Below are positions 19,968-29,783 of a stretch of 64,000 nucleotides of DNA, piece after piece. The first letter of the stretch is position 1; each line of letters opens with the position of its first letter. This stretch comes from a virus (Duplodnaviria > Heunggongvirae > Uroviricota > Caudoviricetes). A model generated the notes under the pieces. The model did no database searches. It saw nothing but the letters and a program-made list of their open reading frames with translations, and was not told the origin of the DNA. Made by a program: the position numbers and the translations under genes. The DNA lies in IMG/VR virus record IMGVR_UViG_3300037466_002980, positions 234,811 to 298,810 of that record; one strand, given 5' to 3'.

Positions 19968-20303
19968 CTAGTACTCTTTCAAGCCGTTATCGAAATTCCA
20001 TCCGCAGAATTTGCACGGACCTTCACTGTCTTCCGACAGTCCGTGTTCCTTGCAGCGATGGCATTGTGTGGGTTCGAGGGCGCCGCAGATGTCGAACAGC
20101 GTCTCGGGCGGGGCGTATCTATCCCCATGAGATTCGTGAAAGGTATGGCCACCCCATCCGCTACATGCGGTACAGTAGTTGGACCATTTCTTCTTCCACT
20201 CGACGTTCTCGGCATCGACTTTCGCCATGTGCTCGGCAGCGATGCCCTCACCGCGTTCCACGTCGTCCCAGTATTGGGATTCCTCTTCAGTCATGTCAGG
20301 CAT
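19968..20303 (-). CDS. Cys-rich zinc-binding protein
   Basis: CTACSGWGG, CHRC, CKFCG. Confidence 0.7.
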   Translation of the reverse strand: MPDMTEEESQYWDDVERGEGIAAEHMAKVDAENVEWKKKWSNYCTACSGWGGHTFHESHGDRYAPPETLFDICGALEPTQCHRCKEHGLSEDSEGPCKFCGWNFDNGLKEY

Positions 20304-20610
20304 CGCATTTCCTCACCTGTTCGTCGACATTGAAGATGTACAGATTTCTGTCTCCATCACAGAAACGAGCTTCAGTGGGAGACATCTTCCGACAAAGATT
20401 GCCAGCGTCGTCCCAGAAGTAATCCTTGATTGCAAGGTCCTTGAAGGGGACCTTGACAGCATCCTTTAAGGTAATCTCAGTCATTAGAAGAGGCTCCTTT
20501 CGGATTTGTCGACTTCGGGTGTCATGTGAACACCGAACGCATTTGGATTGGGAGGAGTATTGCTGATGCTCATGAATGAGGCACCATCCCCACGAACATC
20601 TCTGCACCAA
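20296..20610 (-). CDS. hypothetical protein
   Basis: Real start probably MTEITLK (~20483), GGAG SD. Confidence 0.55.
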   Translation of the reverse strand: MVQRCSWGWCLIHEHQQYSSQSKCVRCSHDTRSRQIRKEPLLMTEITLKDAVKVPFKDLAIKDYFWDDAGNLCRKMSPTEARFCDGDRNLYIFNVDEQVRKCDA

Positions 20611-20747
20611 ACAAAGTGTTCCATGGCCGCGTCCGGTGTTGGGAAGGGACCGATGTATCCATCCACAAAATCCTGCACGTGGAGGTAGTATTCCTCCGTC
20701 TTGGGGATGGGCATGTTGTTGCGCTCCATATTGTTATTATAGCGCAA
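20484..20747 (-). CDS. hypothetical protein
   Basis: ORF downstream of promoter 20736-20783. Confidence 0.65.
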   Translation of the reverse strand: MRYNNNMERNNMPIPKTEEYYLHVQDFVDGYIGPFPTPDAAMEHFVWCRDVRGDGASFMSISNTPPNPNAFGVHMTPEVDKSERSLF

Positions 20748-20793
20748 ATGCTTTCAGCCGCAACCTTTTTTACAATTAGTTACGGCTGAATGG

Positions 20794-21078
20794 TTACCTG
20801 ACAGTTTCCTCGATCAAGTGGAGCCAGTCGAGGTATTCGTTGGGAAGTCCCCAAACCATACTTCCGTTGGCATCCGCCTCACCCGTAGGCTTCGCATGAA
20901 CACGCCAGATTGTCTCTTCCAGCATGTGGAAAGCCTTGCGCGTGATGTGATGAAGCACAATGGACTTCTTCTCGGGCACAGGGCTCGACACTAGAGCCGA
21001 GATCGCAGCAACTGGATGCCAGAAGGCAAACCAACCATTTTGGAAGCCTTCGACGAATGCGATGAGAAGTTTCTTCAT
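20794..21078 (-). CDS. hypothetical protein
   Basis: 94 aa, GGAG SD. Confidence 0.7.
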   Translation of the reverse strand: MKKLLIAFVEGFQNGWFAFWHPVAAISALVSSPVPEKKSIVLHHITRKAFHMLEETIWRVHAKPTGEADANGSMVWGLPNEYLDWLHLIEETVR

Positions 21079-21080
21079 TC

Positions 21081-21278
21081 TTATTTCTCCAGGTCAGCGA
21101 TAATCTGCGAAGAACCATCGCTGTAGGCATGTGTGGACAACGTGAGAAGAGAGCCGTCTTCCATGTGAATTTGAAGACCTTTGTGCTCGTCATACATATC
21201 GAGCAAGAAGAAAACTTCCTTGACCTTCTTCCCTTCGAGGGTTTCCTTCACTATGGTCAAATCATTTTTCGTGGCCAT
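21081..21278 (-). CDS. hypothetical protein
   Basis: 65 aa, AGGAG SD. Confidence 0.7.
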   Translation of the reverse strand: MATKNDLTIVKETLEGKKVKEVFFLLDMYDEHKGLQIHMEDGSLLTLSTHAYSDGSSQIIADLEK

Positions 21279-21292
21279 GACTTTCTCCTAAA

Positions 21293-21410
21293 TGGTCGAG
21301 CACCGGAGGAGTCGAACCCCCAAGAAACGCAGGACTCAGACTCCCTTGTTTCCAAACAACCTAAAGGTCCCCACCCCTCTCTGGAGCGTTGTCGAGTTGC
21401 TCCATCGTGG
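21293..21410 (-). ncRNA. tRNA-like element (canonical T-arm and CCA end, no clean cloverleaf)
   Basis: - strand ...GGGGG TTCGACT CCTCC GGTGCTCG A CCA. Confidence 0.35.
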
Positions 21411-22414
21411 TGGTTGCTAGTGCCGCTTTCTTTCCGACTTTCGCCGAATACTTTCCAACCAGAGTGCTTTCTGCATTGTGCGCTGCACTGAAACAATTCT
21501 GTCCCAGTTCGGTGTGTACCAATGTCGAAAGTAACCCATGTTAATTCTTCTTGTTCAAGACGCGAACACCTTCTCGCTTGTCCTGGCTCATGAAGGGCCA
21601 CGGATATTTCGAAAGGGACTTTGCAACACGCTCCACCTTAGGTTGCGGGTTGGAAGGAACTGAAGTGAAAGCGTTCTTGATCATTCTTATATTGTGCGTG
21701 AATTCATTTCAAAGAGCAAGCAGTTTTACATTCCGTTGCAATTAAAACTTCTCGCTACCGCTTTGACACAACTTTTATAAAACGCGAGAGGAATTTTGGT
21801 CAGGGTTATCCTTATGCGGAATGTCTTTATATTAACACCAATGTTCGTCTTTGTCTATCAACTTTACGGAATATTACATTGTCTCGCAAAAACCTTGTAT
21901 TTTGTAGCCGCGGTGATCGAGGCCATGAAATAACCGCCACACGAACCCTAGTGCAGCTATTATACTATAGGCCTCAATCGAGTGCAATCTGATTGTATAA
22001 TATCTCGGCGAGGCCTTAATCCAGTTGAACTGGGCAGGGCGAGGAGAATGCCTCCATTCTCAAGGCAGGTAGTGAATCAGGAAGAAAACGAAGAGAAGAC
22101 CGATGGCAAGAAGATATTCCTTCTTTCCAAGCAGGACTCCGAATACGAAGCCCACAAGCATGGAAAGAAGGTGACCCGTCATGCCTTCTTCTTCTGGGAG
22201 ATGCGACGCTCCGTGGCAATCTGCTGCTGAAGACGACGAGCGCTGGCGGCCGCGTCTCGAATTTTGTAATTCGGGCGCTGACGGACAGACAGGTGGCGGA
22301 AACCATTCTTGGCTTGTTTGTAGCGGCGACCAGCTGCATTCGGCATGTTCTGTTCCTCTTTGTGTGTCCGTTGAAGTTGTATTATAGTAGGTTCTACTTC
22401 AGATGCAACCTACC

Positions 22415-22636
22415 TTACAAATTGTTACCCTGTTCCTTTTCTTTCTTCTCCATGTCGTCCCATTCCTTCAATGCGTCGATAGCACGACGAGCCAAGTGGC
22501 GTTGGAGCTTGTGTGCGCGGATGACTGCTTCACACTGCTGCACTTCCAGCTGGTTCCTTCTGATTTCGTTTTCGACGATTTCTTCCAGGCTTGGCTTCTT
22601 GAAGGGATTCGAGAAGTTCCTCAAAAACCGGACCAT
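22415..22636 (-). CDS. hypothetical coiled-coil protein
   Basis: 73 aa, GGAG SD. Confidence 0.6.
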   Translation of the reverse strand: MVRFLRNFSNPFKKPSLEEIVENEIRRNQLEVQQCEAVIRAHKLQRHLARRAIDALKEWDDMEKKEKEQGNNL

Positions 22637-22931
22637 GTGGTTTCTCCTTGTTGAGAATTATCGGGAGTTTCTGTTTCACACCCCACTCTCCGATGATGGC
22701 TTGGAGAGTGCTAAGATAGCCAGGGGCGTCGGGGAACATGCGACGGTACCGCTGTTGTACTCGGATCGCTGCACGCACTACAAGGGCTCTATTCACCGTT
22801 ACTCCTGGCTTACTTCACTGTGTGTATGTGTATTATACGGTGCAATTTGCACACGTAAACCGGAATCTGAAATACAAATCCAAGTCGGCCTTCTAGACCA
22901 AGATGGAAATCTTAGATTTGAACTTCAAGAC

Positions 22932-23351
22932 TTAAATCAAGGTCTTCTTGAAGACGTTGTCGAGTGCCCTCTTAGCATCATCGAGTGTGGGATGCGAGAA
23001 GGTAATCTTGGCCCATCCCATCGGAAGGACAACGTAGGAGGTGTTATCCTCACTCATCCAAACGATGTCCCCGGGCGAGGTGGAGCGGCATCCGATGTCC
23101 TTGAACAGCGGCGTGAGTCCTTCGTTGGTCCACCAGTTGTCATCGATGGTATTCGTCAGGCAGTATGCCTTTTCACGATCGTTGCACGCCATGAGAAGTG
23201 CAACCGGATTATAGGTCAGCATGCCAGACGAAATGGCCGCGACGATCTTCTCGGGCTTGGCAAATCCCAGGATGTCGACACGTTCGACACAGGACATCTT
23301 GGAATGATCTGCATGGAAAACGATTGCTGCCATTTTCTTACCTTTCGGCAT
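22932..23351 (-). CDS. hypothetical protein with RSTSxGD motif (YodL-like)
   Basis: CRSTSPGDIVWM...YVVLPMGW. Confidence 0.55.
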   Translation of the reverse strand: MPKGKKMAAIVFHADHSKMSCVERVDILGFAKPEKIVAAISSGMLTYNPVALLMACNDREKAYCLTNTIDDNWWTNEGLTPLFKDIGCRSTSPGDIVWMSEDNTSYVVLPMGWAKITFSHPTLDDAKRALDNVFKKTLI

Positions 23352-23571
23352 TCTTGAAGTAGAAACGATTCTTGTAACCGGAAGAACCGGTACTAACAGC
23401 GAAGCCCTTTTCGTCTCGTTTCACGTTGAAGTTTATACGACCTATTGGATATTCATAATCGATGTATCCCATCACACGTTGCGCGGAAATCTGCGTGATG
23501 ACCGCCACGGTTCCTGTTTTCTTACCGTAACGGTAGACGGGAATTCGAAGTTCGGGTGTTATCTGCAACAT
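23338..23571 (-). CDS. hypothetical protein
   Basis: 77 aa, promoter 23598-23645. Confidence 0.7.
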   Translation of the reverse strand: MLQITPELRIPVYRYGKKTGTVAVITQISAQRVMGYIDYEYPIGRINFNVKRDEKGFAVSTGSSGYKNRFYFKNAER

Positions 23572-23641
23572 CCAACTCTCCTGCTGTTGATGCTATTATT
23601 TTAGCAGAATTATTTCAGATGTCTATTGTTTTTACACCCGC

Positions 23642-23914
23642 TTACACTAGTCGGTCTGGAACCTTAATTCCGAATTTCGTCCAGAAGCTCTTCTTGCTGT
23701 GAATGTTCCCAAGCAAGTCCATTACAACTTCAAAATCTCCAGACATGGATTCCTCGTTGAGGAGAATCCAATCATCCACAATTTGTTTCGCGAGCCTTTT
23801 CTGGAAAACCGGATCGGTCATTAAGGCTCGAAGCTGTTTGGGCGAGATCTCCACATCAGCGTAGTGAAAGAGACACTTAACCATCCTTTGTGTAACATTC
23901 ACTGTGAGTTTCAT
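23642..23914 (-). CDS. hypothetical protein
   Basis: 90 aa, GGAG SD. Confidence 0.7.
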   Translation of the reverse strand: MKLTVNVTQRMVKCLFHYADVEISPKQLRALMTDPVFQKRLAKQIVDDWILLNEESMSGDFEVVMDLLGNIHSKKSFWTKFGIKVPDRLV

Positions 23915-23959
23915 AATTCTCTCCTTGAGATGTCCACAGGCCGACCAGGCAGTACGAGG

Positions 23960-24175
23960 TCAATCGCGCATCAGGCCTTGAAAGGAATTCCGCATGGATT
24001 GAAGTGAAGCATCGAATATGGAGTCGATTTCTTCCTTCATTGCTTCGTTTGCATCATCCGATGGAAGATTGAGTGTTGGTCTCGCATGGACTGTTCGAGC
24101 CTTCTGCCCGATGAGATTACCTTCGTTATCGACAACCGTCATTGAAACGATCACTCTGAAATCTTTGGTAGCCAT
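23960..24175 (-). CDS. hypothetical protein
   Basis: 71 aa. Confidence 0.65.
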   Translation of the reverse strand: MATKDFRVIVSMTVVDNEGNLIGQKARTVHARPTLNLPSDDANEAMKEEIDSIFDASLQSMRNSFQGLMRD

Positions 24176-24817
24176 TTATTTCTCCAGCCAGTGCCAATGG
24201 TCATCGTGAAACTCACCCTTTTCGCAGTGCTCCACTTCATGACCCAAATCAATTGGGAAGCCAACCACGTTACAGGATCCGCCGTGTTCAGGATCCGGAT
24301 CGGCATAGAAACCACCAACTGCGTGCAGCTTTCCAGCGTATAGCACCGCGCTGCCACGTGAAGTGATGTAGATGCCGCCGTTGGGTCCATACAGCTTTTC
24401 TGTGAGCTTGGTGATCGTCAACGGAGAATTGTTTTCGGAAATCACCCAAAAGTTGATGCGGCGAGCACCATCGATGGGCTTTTCGTTGACCACATGCGCA
24501 CCTTTATCCACACATTGTTGCAGGAGGTCACCCATGCGATGAAGGGCCTTTTCCATGCCGACTGTCTTCTGTACAGTCTTTCCATCCACAATCTTTTCGA
24601 CCGTGAATGTTTCCCTCAGGTAGATGTAGCAGGTCCCGTCCCTAAATTCCGAGACAGGGCTGTCGATACGCACCCACTTCACATCCAGTGTGTATGTGGG
24701 CGGCCCGAGTTTCGCATTCAAGACTTCCTGCGAGGGAGAAGGGCCGTCTGGAAACTCCTTTCCCATGGCGGCCATTGCCACTGCTAATGAAAGCAGCGTG
24801 ACAGCAAATTTCTTCAT
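24176..24817 (-). CDS. exported protein with C-terminal HExxH (putative zinc metalloprotease-like)
   Basis: Signal peptide MKKFAVTLLSLAVAMAAMG; DLGHEVEHC. Confidence 0.6.
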   Translation of the reverse strand: MKKFAVTLLSLAVAMAAMGKEFPDGPSPSQEVLNAKLGPPTYTLDVKWVRIDSPVSEFRDGTCYIYLRETFTVEKIVDGKTVQKTVGMEKALHRMGDLLQQCVDKGAHVVNEKPIDGARRINFWVISENNSPLTITKLTEKLYGPNGGIYITSRGSAVLYAGKLHAVGGFYADPDPEHGGSCNVVGFPIDLGHEVEHCEKGEFHDDHWHWLEK

Positions 24818-25428
24818 ACCAGCAGGATGTCTTTCATGGCCTGGATTGCGACCATGTTGTCCAGGGAGATGACGCGCACCACGACATCGTGGAACACGCC
24901 ATTTGTTTTGTTCTCGACGAACATCGGAGGTTCCAGGAGCTTCTTCGCTTCTGCAGGCGTCAGGTGCCCTGCCACGAAGTTCTTGTCCACAAGCTGGTTG
25001 TTGTGGAGATACACACTTTCCGCCCCGTTATACATAGCGAAAAGATAGTGCTGCTCCTGCTTCGTCTTGTGGCGCACCAAACTGAAGCAGTCCTCGAGGT
25101 GCTCGAACCAGTTTTCGCTGGATTCGAATTTCTTGATCTCTGCCGGCGTGTTGATGCCCAACTTCTTGGCGGAACGCTTCACAGCATCTTCGTACACGCT
25201 GTTGAAGTCGTGAATGTGATTGAACAGTTGCACATTCGCAACGGTGATCTTGCGGATGTCGACATCCTTGAATGCCGCAGCCGTCTTCACAGGGGTTACC
25301 TGCGTGATTTGTGCGAAAGTGGTGCCGTGGAGTGCGGCTAGCAGATTCTTCACATCCACGGGAAGCACCCGGGTGGAGTTCTGCTGGGCCTTCAGCGCAA
25401 GCTGGGCTTCGCTAAGTGTGAGTTGCAT
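24814..25428 (-). CDS. conserved phage hypothetical protein
   Basis: 204 aa, GGAGG SD, promoter 25457-25505. Confidence 0.8.
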   Translation of the reverse strand: MQLTLSEAQLALKAQQNSTRVLPVDVKNLLAALHGTTFAQITQVTPVKTAAAFKDVDIRKITVANVQLFNHIHDFNSVYEDAVKRSAKKLGINTPAEIKKFESSENWFEHLEDCFSLVRHKTKQEQHYLFAMYNGAESVYLHNNQLVDKNFVAGHLTPAEAKKLLEPPMFVENKTNGVFHDVVVRVISLDNMVAIQAMKDILLV

Positions 25429-25867
25429 TAAGCACCTCCGTTGTTGTGATGTTGTAACTATAGTATCAACGGAATTGTTTGTCTACCGCTTTTACAACCT
25501 GTTACAACAAGAAAAAGCACCGAAGGTCTCGAACCTTCCTTCTGGGTTACGCCAGAGGCCGCACTCTTCGTTGTACTTCCGACGAGCAATGCTTTTTGCC
25601 TTCCTCTACCAGGGTATCGGCATGCCGCGGTGGTTTACCCGCGACACATTATTCACCCTGTTTCTCAGTATCACTGCGGCCTCTGGAGAAGTTAGCCCCC
25701 TTCGGCGTTTGTGGACTGAGCGAGCTATTGTGGTCGATTGTCGTACCAGACTTTCAACCTTATTGCCCCTAGGCACCCCCAACTTTCGTTGAGTTAAAAG
25801 TACCTGGTACTGCCTATAAAAGAAGTCAAAAAGCACTCTTGCACACAGCAGCTATTATATACGGCCC

Positions 25868-26083
25868 CTATATGCTGTCAACTTGTTTTGGAGGCTTTAT
25901 CCAACATCCTCCCTTGCATTCAGGACATGGAATGATATCACCAAATCCGCTTGCATCATCCAGCCCGGATCCATTACAGTGAGTGCAACGAACAAAGCCC
26001 ATGCGCTTGAATGCTTCTTCATTGGATTTTTCAGCGGCCTTTCGAGCTTCATCTCCAATGATGTCGAGTGTCTTGTCATTCAT
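25868..26083 (-). CDS. small protein with DnaJ-type CxxCxGxG zinc motif
   Basis: CTHCNGSG...CPECKGG. Confidence 0.65.
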   Translation of the reverse strand: MNDKTLDIIGDEARKAAEKSNEEAFKRMGFVRCTHCNGSGLDDASGFGDIIPCPECKGGCWIKPPKQVDSI

Positions 26084-26465
26084 GTGTATATAATAGTACC
26101 AATCCTTTCCAATGTCAACCATTATTACACTTTGTTACACCTACGACGATCTCGGCCGCAAGTGATCAAGGCTCTGACCCTTAATCCCGAGACTAGCACA
26201 GACCTCGTGATATAAGCTGGACCTTACTAGTGATGTTAGAGATGCACCAAAGTTTATGCATACAAAAGTTGTATCAAAATATGAATTTCAAATTTAAATC
26301 TCGGATTTGGAATAAAGATTGTTAGAGAAACCTTTTAACGTAAGATCTAAATTTAAGACTAGCGAGCTTACCTCGGACTTATTTTAAATAACTCGAATAA
26401 AAAGGCGAGATCTTTCCGGCCACAAGAAAAGGAACAACTCCAAAGAATTGTCCCTTTCAGAAGGA

Positions 26466-27341
26466 TTACAGAGGAGGAAGTCCCATACGTGCCCGGACGA
26501 AGGGGTCGGTGTATTGCGGTTGTTTGGCTTCCGTGACGGTTGTGTTCGATTTCACGGCGCCGGTGGTGGTCGATACTCGACGGTAGGCTTCTGCAACGGT
26601 GGCGTTCATCTTGAGAAGCTCACGTGCAGCCATTCGGTCTGCTTCCGTGCCCAAGGCCGTCATGCTGTTCGCGTAATAGCGAAGGTTGCAGTCTTCGTCC
26701 TTGATGGTTGTTCCGAATGAAACACCGAACCCAACCCCTTGTGCACCACCGCTCGAAGAGCCCAGGCAGGTTCCGTTGGTTGCCTGCAAGGCCGGTGCGT
26801 ATGCCGTGTTCACCGGTGCTCGCGGATTGTTGATGTTCACTGCCGTGTCGTTGTTCACAGTGTTGCCGCCACTGTTGGAAGTGGAAGCACCGGTTGTGTT
26901 CGTATTCGTGTTGGTGACAGCACCCGTTGTTGCAGTGGAAGCACCGGTTGTGTTCGTATTCGTGTTGGTGACAGCACCAGTGGATGCTGTTGCGTTTCCG
27001 CCGGTTGAGCTGGAGGTGGAAGACGAATTGCCGCTGCCGTTGATGCTCTGTTGTTGGCCTTGCAATTGTCCTTGCGTATTGCTGTTCGTGTTGTTGCTCG
27101 TGTTGCTGTTCGCATTGGTGATAATGCTGGCAACACTGCCGCCACTGCCGCCGTTTCCACCATTGCCTCCACCACCACCGTTTCCGCCGTTTCCACCGTT
27201 GCCTCCGGCACCGCCGCCGTTGCCGCAGTTATTGGTGCAGCCCGCACCATTGGTACCACCCGAGCCCGGAGGATCTGCATACGCAACCCCGACAGCAAGT
27301 GCCATGATTGCCACACACAGATAGTTCTTCTTGAACTTCAT
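26466..27341 (-). CDS. exported Gly/Asn/Thr-rich protein with Cys-containing C-terminal domain
   Basis: Signal peptide ending AYA, GGNGGNGG tract, TCLGSSSGGAQGVGFGVSFG...DCNLR. Confidence 0.8.
   Translation of the reverse strand: MKFKKNYLCVAIMALAVGVAYADPPGSGGTNGAGCTNNCGNGGGAGGNGGNGGNGGGGGNGGNGGSGGSVASIITNANSNTSNNTNSNTQGQLQGQQQSINGSGNSSSTSSSTGGNATASTGAVTNTNTNTTGASTATTGAVTNTNTNTTGASTSNSGGNTVNNDTAVNINNPRAPVNTAYAPALQATNGTCLGSSSGGAQGVGFGVSFGTTIKDEDCNLRYYANSMTALGTEADRMAARELLKMNATVAEAYRRVSTTTGAVKSNTTVTEAKQPQYTDPFVRARMGLPPL
26880..26978. repeat. 54-bp-period in-frame direct repeat (45 bp identical)
   Basis: agtggaagcaccggttgtgttcgtattcgtgttggtgacagcacc at 26880 and 26934. Confidence 0.9.
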
Positions 27342-27674
27342 TGCTTTCTCCAAAATTGACATCCGGCTACATTATTGTTCAAAGAACAATCCAGCAGATT
27401 GCCGGAAAACATCTACTGGTTCATGTACCATTGTGGTCATTATAATTGTATCGTGACACGTGTCAAGCGATTTTTGAAGATCTTGGAACCATAAGAAAAG
27501 GGCGGTGCCCACCTGGGTCGCCCTTTACCGGGAGTGGCAATTGCGACAGTCCTTACTTCATCGGCGATCTCCTTTAAAGGAAATGAAGCGTTACGGAAGT
27601 GACCGAATCGATGTACACCTGCGCAACGTCTTTATTATTATATATGTTGTGGTTCCTGTCAAGTGACTTTTTGA

Positions 27675-27977
27675 TTATTTCCGGAGAGCCAGAAGCTTTT
27701 GTGTCATCTCGACAGCCATTTGTTTCCCGTTGTGCTTATCGGGATGGCAGAGCATCAACAATTTCTTGATTTCTTCTTCTGTGAATCCGGATACCTTGAT
27801 CCTCTTCTCGATCTTTACCACCCTGGGTGGCTTTCTCATTTCCTTTTCAAGAAGATCCCCCAGGTCATGAAGCCTATGGGAAAGATAGACACTTCTTTCT
27901 TGCAACATGGCATTCTCTCCCATGAGTTTTAGGTTTTCATCGGCGAGGGCATCATACTTTTTCTTTCGCACGAACAT
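27675..27977 (-). CDS. coiled-coil protein with minimal C-terminal J-domain-like HPD motif
   Basis: IKKLLMLCHPDKHNG; AGGAG SD. Confidence 0.6.
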   Translation of the reverse strand: MFVRKKKYDALADENLKLMGENAMLQERSVYLSHRLHDLGDLLEKEMRKPPRVVKIEKRIKVSGFTEEEIKKLLMLCHPDKHNGKQMAVEMTQKLLALRK

Positions 27978-28236
27978 TATGGATCTCCTCAATCTTTTCA
28001 ACCACACGCATTTGTTTCTCGGCCACGCGGAATGCTTCGCAGACGAGAATTTCCGCGGCACTGTCTGGAGACTCTTTCAACCTTCGTCGAAGATCTTTTG
28101 CCCAGGCTTTGTGCTTTTCGGGAAGATTGTCTTCGTATTCTCGGATCTGTCTTTCCAGGCGGATGACGATGAGCCGTTGTTCGATTCTGGCTCGAATCCG
28201 ATGTTGAAAGTAATTCAGCTTGTGTATTAATCCCAT
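27952..28236 (-). CDS. hypothetical protein
   Basis: Start MGLIHK. Confidence 0.55.
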   Translation of the reverse strand: MGLIHKLNYFQHRIRARIEQRLIVIRLERQIREYEDNLPEKHKAWAKDLRRRLKESPDSAAEILVCEAFRVAEKQMRVVEKIEEIHNVRAKEKV

Positions 28237-28285
28237 GCACACATTATAACATCTGTGCATGGGACCACAAGCACTGAAAGGATTG

Positions 28286-28750
28286 TCAGGCACCCCAGTG
28301 AACGCCGGGTCTGCCGAATTGTGAAGGCATCGGAGCCACCGTGAGTGCATTGGGACACGGTGTTGCGAGAACGACTTCCCTGGGTGGCTCCACAAGGGTA
28401 ATGGTACAGCGGTCCTCGAGCTTCTCGAAGGTTGTCTGGGAGACAGGTCCGGAGAACGGTCGTCCTCCGATTTTCCGCATCCGCTTCACAGTGGTTCTCG
28501 GTGCGGCAATTCCAACAATGACTTCCTCGATAGGAGACCATTGTGTCTTGAAAGTATAACAGGTGCTGCTTCTGTTATCCTTCATACTTATTGCCTGTTC
28601 AATATCGGATGTTGTTGCACCCCAGAAATCCCCGTTCCAGAAGGAATAATGGGCCTGCTCTTCTCCTGGCCAGAAACGACCATATAGCTGGTCGAAATGT
28701 CTTATCTTGTAAACACCCGCTTGGATGGGAAAACCATCATTCCATTGCAT
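28286..28750 (-). CDS. hypothetical protein (N-terminal P..GVY module shared with 57247-57816)
   Basis: MQWNDGFPIQAGVYKIR; GGAG SD. Confidence 0.65.
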   Translation of the reverse strand: MQWNDGFPIQAGVYKIRHFDQLYGRFWPGEEQAHYSFWNGDFWGATTSDIEQAISMKDNRSSTCYTFKTQWSPIEEVIVGIAAPRTTVKRMRKIGGRPFSGPVSQTTFEKLEDRCTITLVEPPREVVLATPCPNALTVAPMPSQFGRPGVHWGA

Positions 28751-28760
28751 GTTTCGCTCC

Positions 28761-29066
28761 TTAGAAGTCCTTGACAATGATGTTGTTGTTGGAATCCCGT
28801 TTGTAGGAACGCACAAGGCGACCTTGGCGAGCATCGATGACGAGTGCCTGTGCGTACTCGCCCGAATTGAGCTCTGACCTGGCACAGTGTGAAGCACAAT
28901 GCCCGTATGCACGTTCCAGGCTATCCGTGCTGCCACTGGTGTCCTGTTTGGTGAAGTCCCCCACGATGTGGTAGTAATACATGCGGTAACGCTTGGTAGC
29001 GTTCCTGTTGCGTTTCACAGTGGGGACACCACGTAGTTGAAACTTGCGAATTGCCGCTGTCGCCAT
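28761..29066 (-). CDS. hypothetical protein
   Basis: 101 aa, SD present. Confidence 0.7.
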   Translation of the reverse strand: MATAAIRKFQLRGVPTVKRNRNATKRYRMYYYHIVGDFTKQDTSGSTDSLERAYGHCASHCARSELNSGEYAQALVIDARQGRLVRSYKRDSNNNIIVKDF

Positions 29067-29246
29067 TTCCTCTAGCTCCTTAGTATTTCCGCCAACCCGA
29101 TATCGGCGAATAAATCTTCAAGGGAGTATCGCCATGATAAACGATACATTCGAATCCGACTGTCACAGCAGCACGCTCCGCCGCTTGAAGCGTGTCGAAT
29201 GCGTCCTGTGTGAAATATTGGAAGTTGATAAGGTAGATACGGTATT

Positions 29247-29480
29247 TCACGATTCCACCTTCTCCACAAGGATAGTGATCTTCGCAGTGGCAATGCTTTT
29301 GTCTGACCACCAATCCATTTCCGCAATGATGCTCTTGGAAACGGTGTTCATCACTGCATCCAGCATTGTTTCTTTGTCTGACACCCTGAAGTTCTCTTCA
29401 GGATCGTTTTCGTTTATCACGTTAGCTGTTGCGAGCCATGGCATATATAATATTCCTATCACTATCGCATTACCATACAT
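29247..29480 (-). CDS. hypothetical protein
   Basis: ORF downstream of promoter 29479-29527. Confidence 0.55.
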   Translation of the reverse strand: MYGNAIVIGILYMPWLATANVINENDPEENFRVSDKETMLDAVMNTVSKSIIAEMDWWSDKSIATAKITILVEKVES

Positions 29481-29697
29481 AGTATGTTAGAATTACTTCA
29501 ACGTCAACTATTGTTACACTCTCTTACATCCAATTCCAACTCATATTCATCTCGGGTCCATGTTTTGGCATTCGGCTTTATATAAACACCCGAGGCGAAT
29601 ACCTATTCTACATATTCTTACAAATCCTAGAATACTGTATGAAAATCTTCCGCCTCGTAGTTACAGTAAGGCTGAGTTGATTCGAAGGAACGAAATT

Positions 29698-29746
29698 GTA
29701 ACAGGTTGTAAAAACTGATTGACACGCATACCCACCCTATATATAG
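29698..29746 (+). promoter_or_regulatory. sigma70-like promoter with GTAA-N6-GTAA element
   Basis: GTAACAGGTTGTAA-N7-TTGACA-N17-TATAGT. Confidence 0.8.
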
Positions 29747-29783
29747 TAGAGCTACTCGCAACCCACTTAAGAAAGGAAACGCG

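Noticed and set aside
21293-21690. tmRNA (standard or permuted)
   Set aside because: No 5' acceptor strand complementary to GTGCTCG and no GGGG start; CCA is followed directly by the next gene's SD; the upstream region reads as two small ORFs
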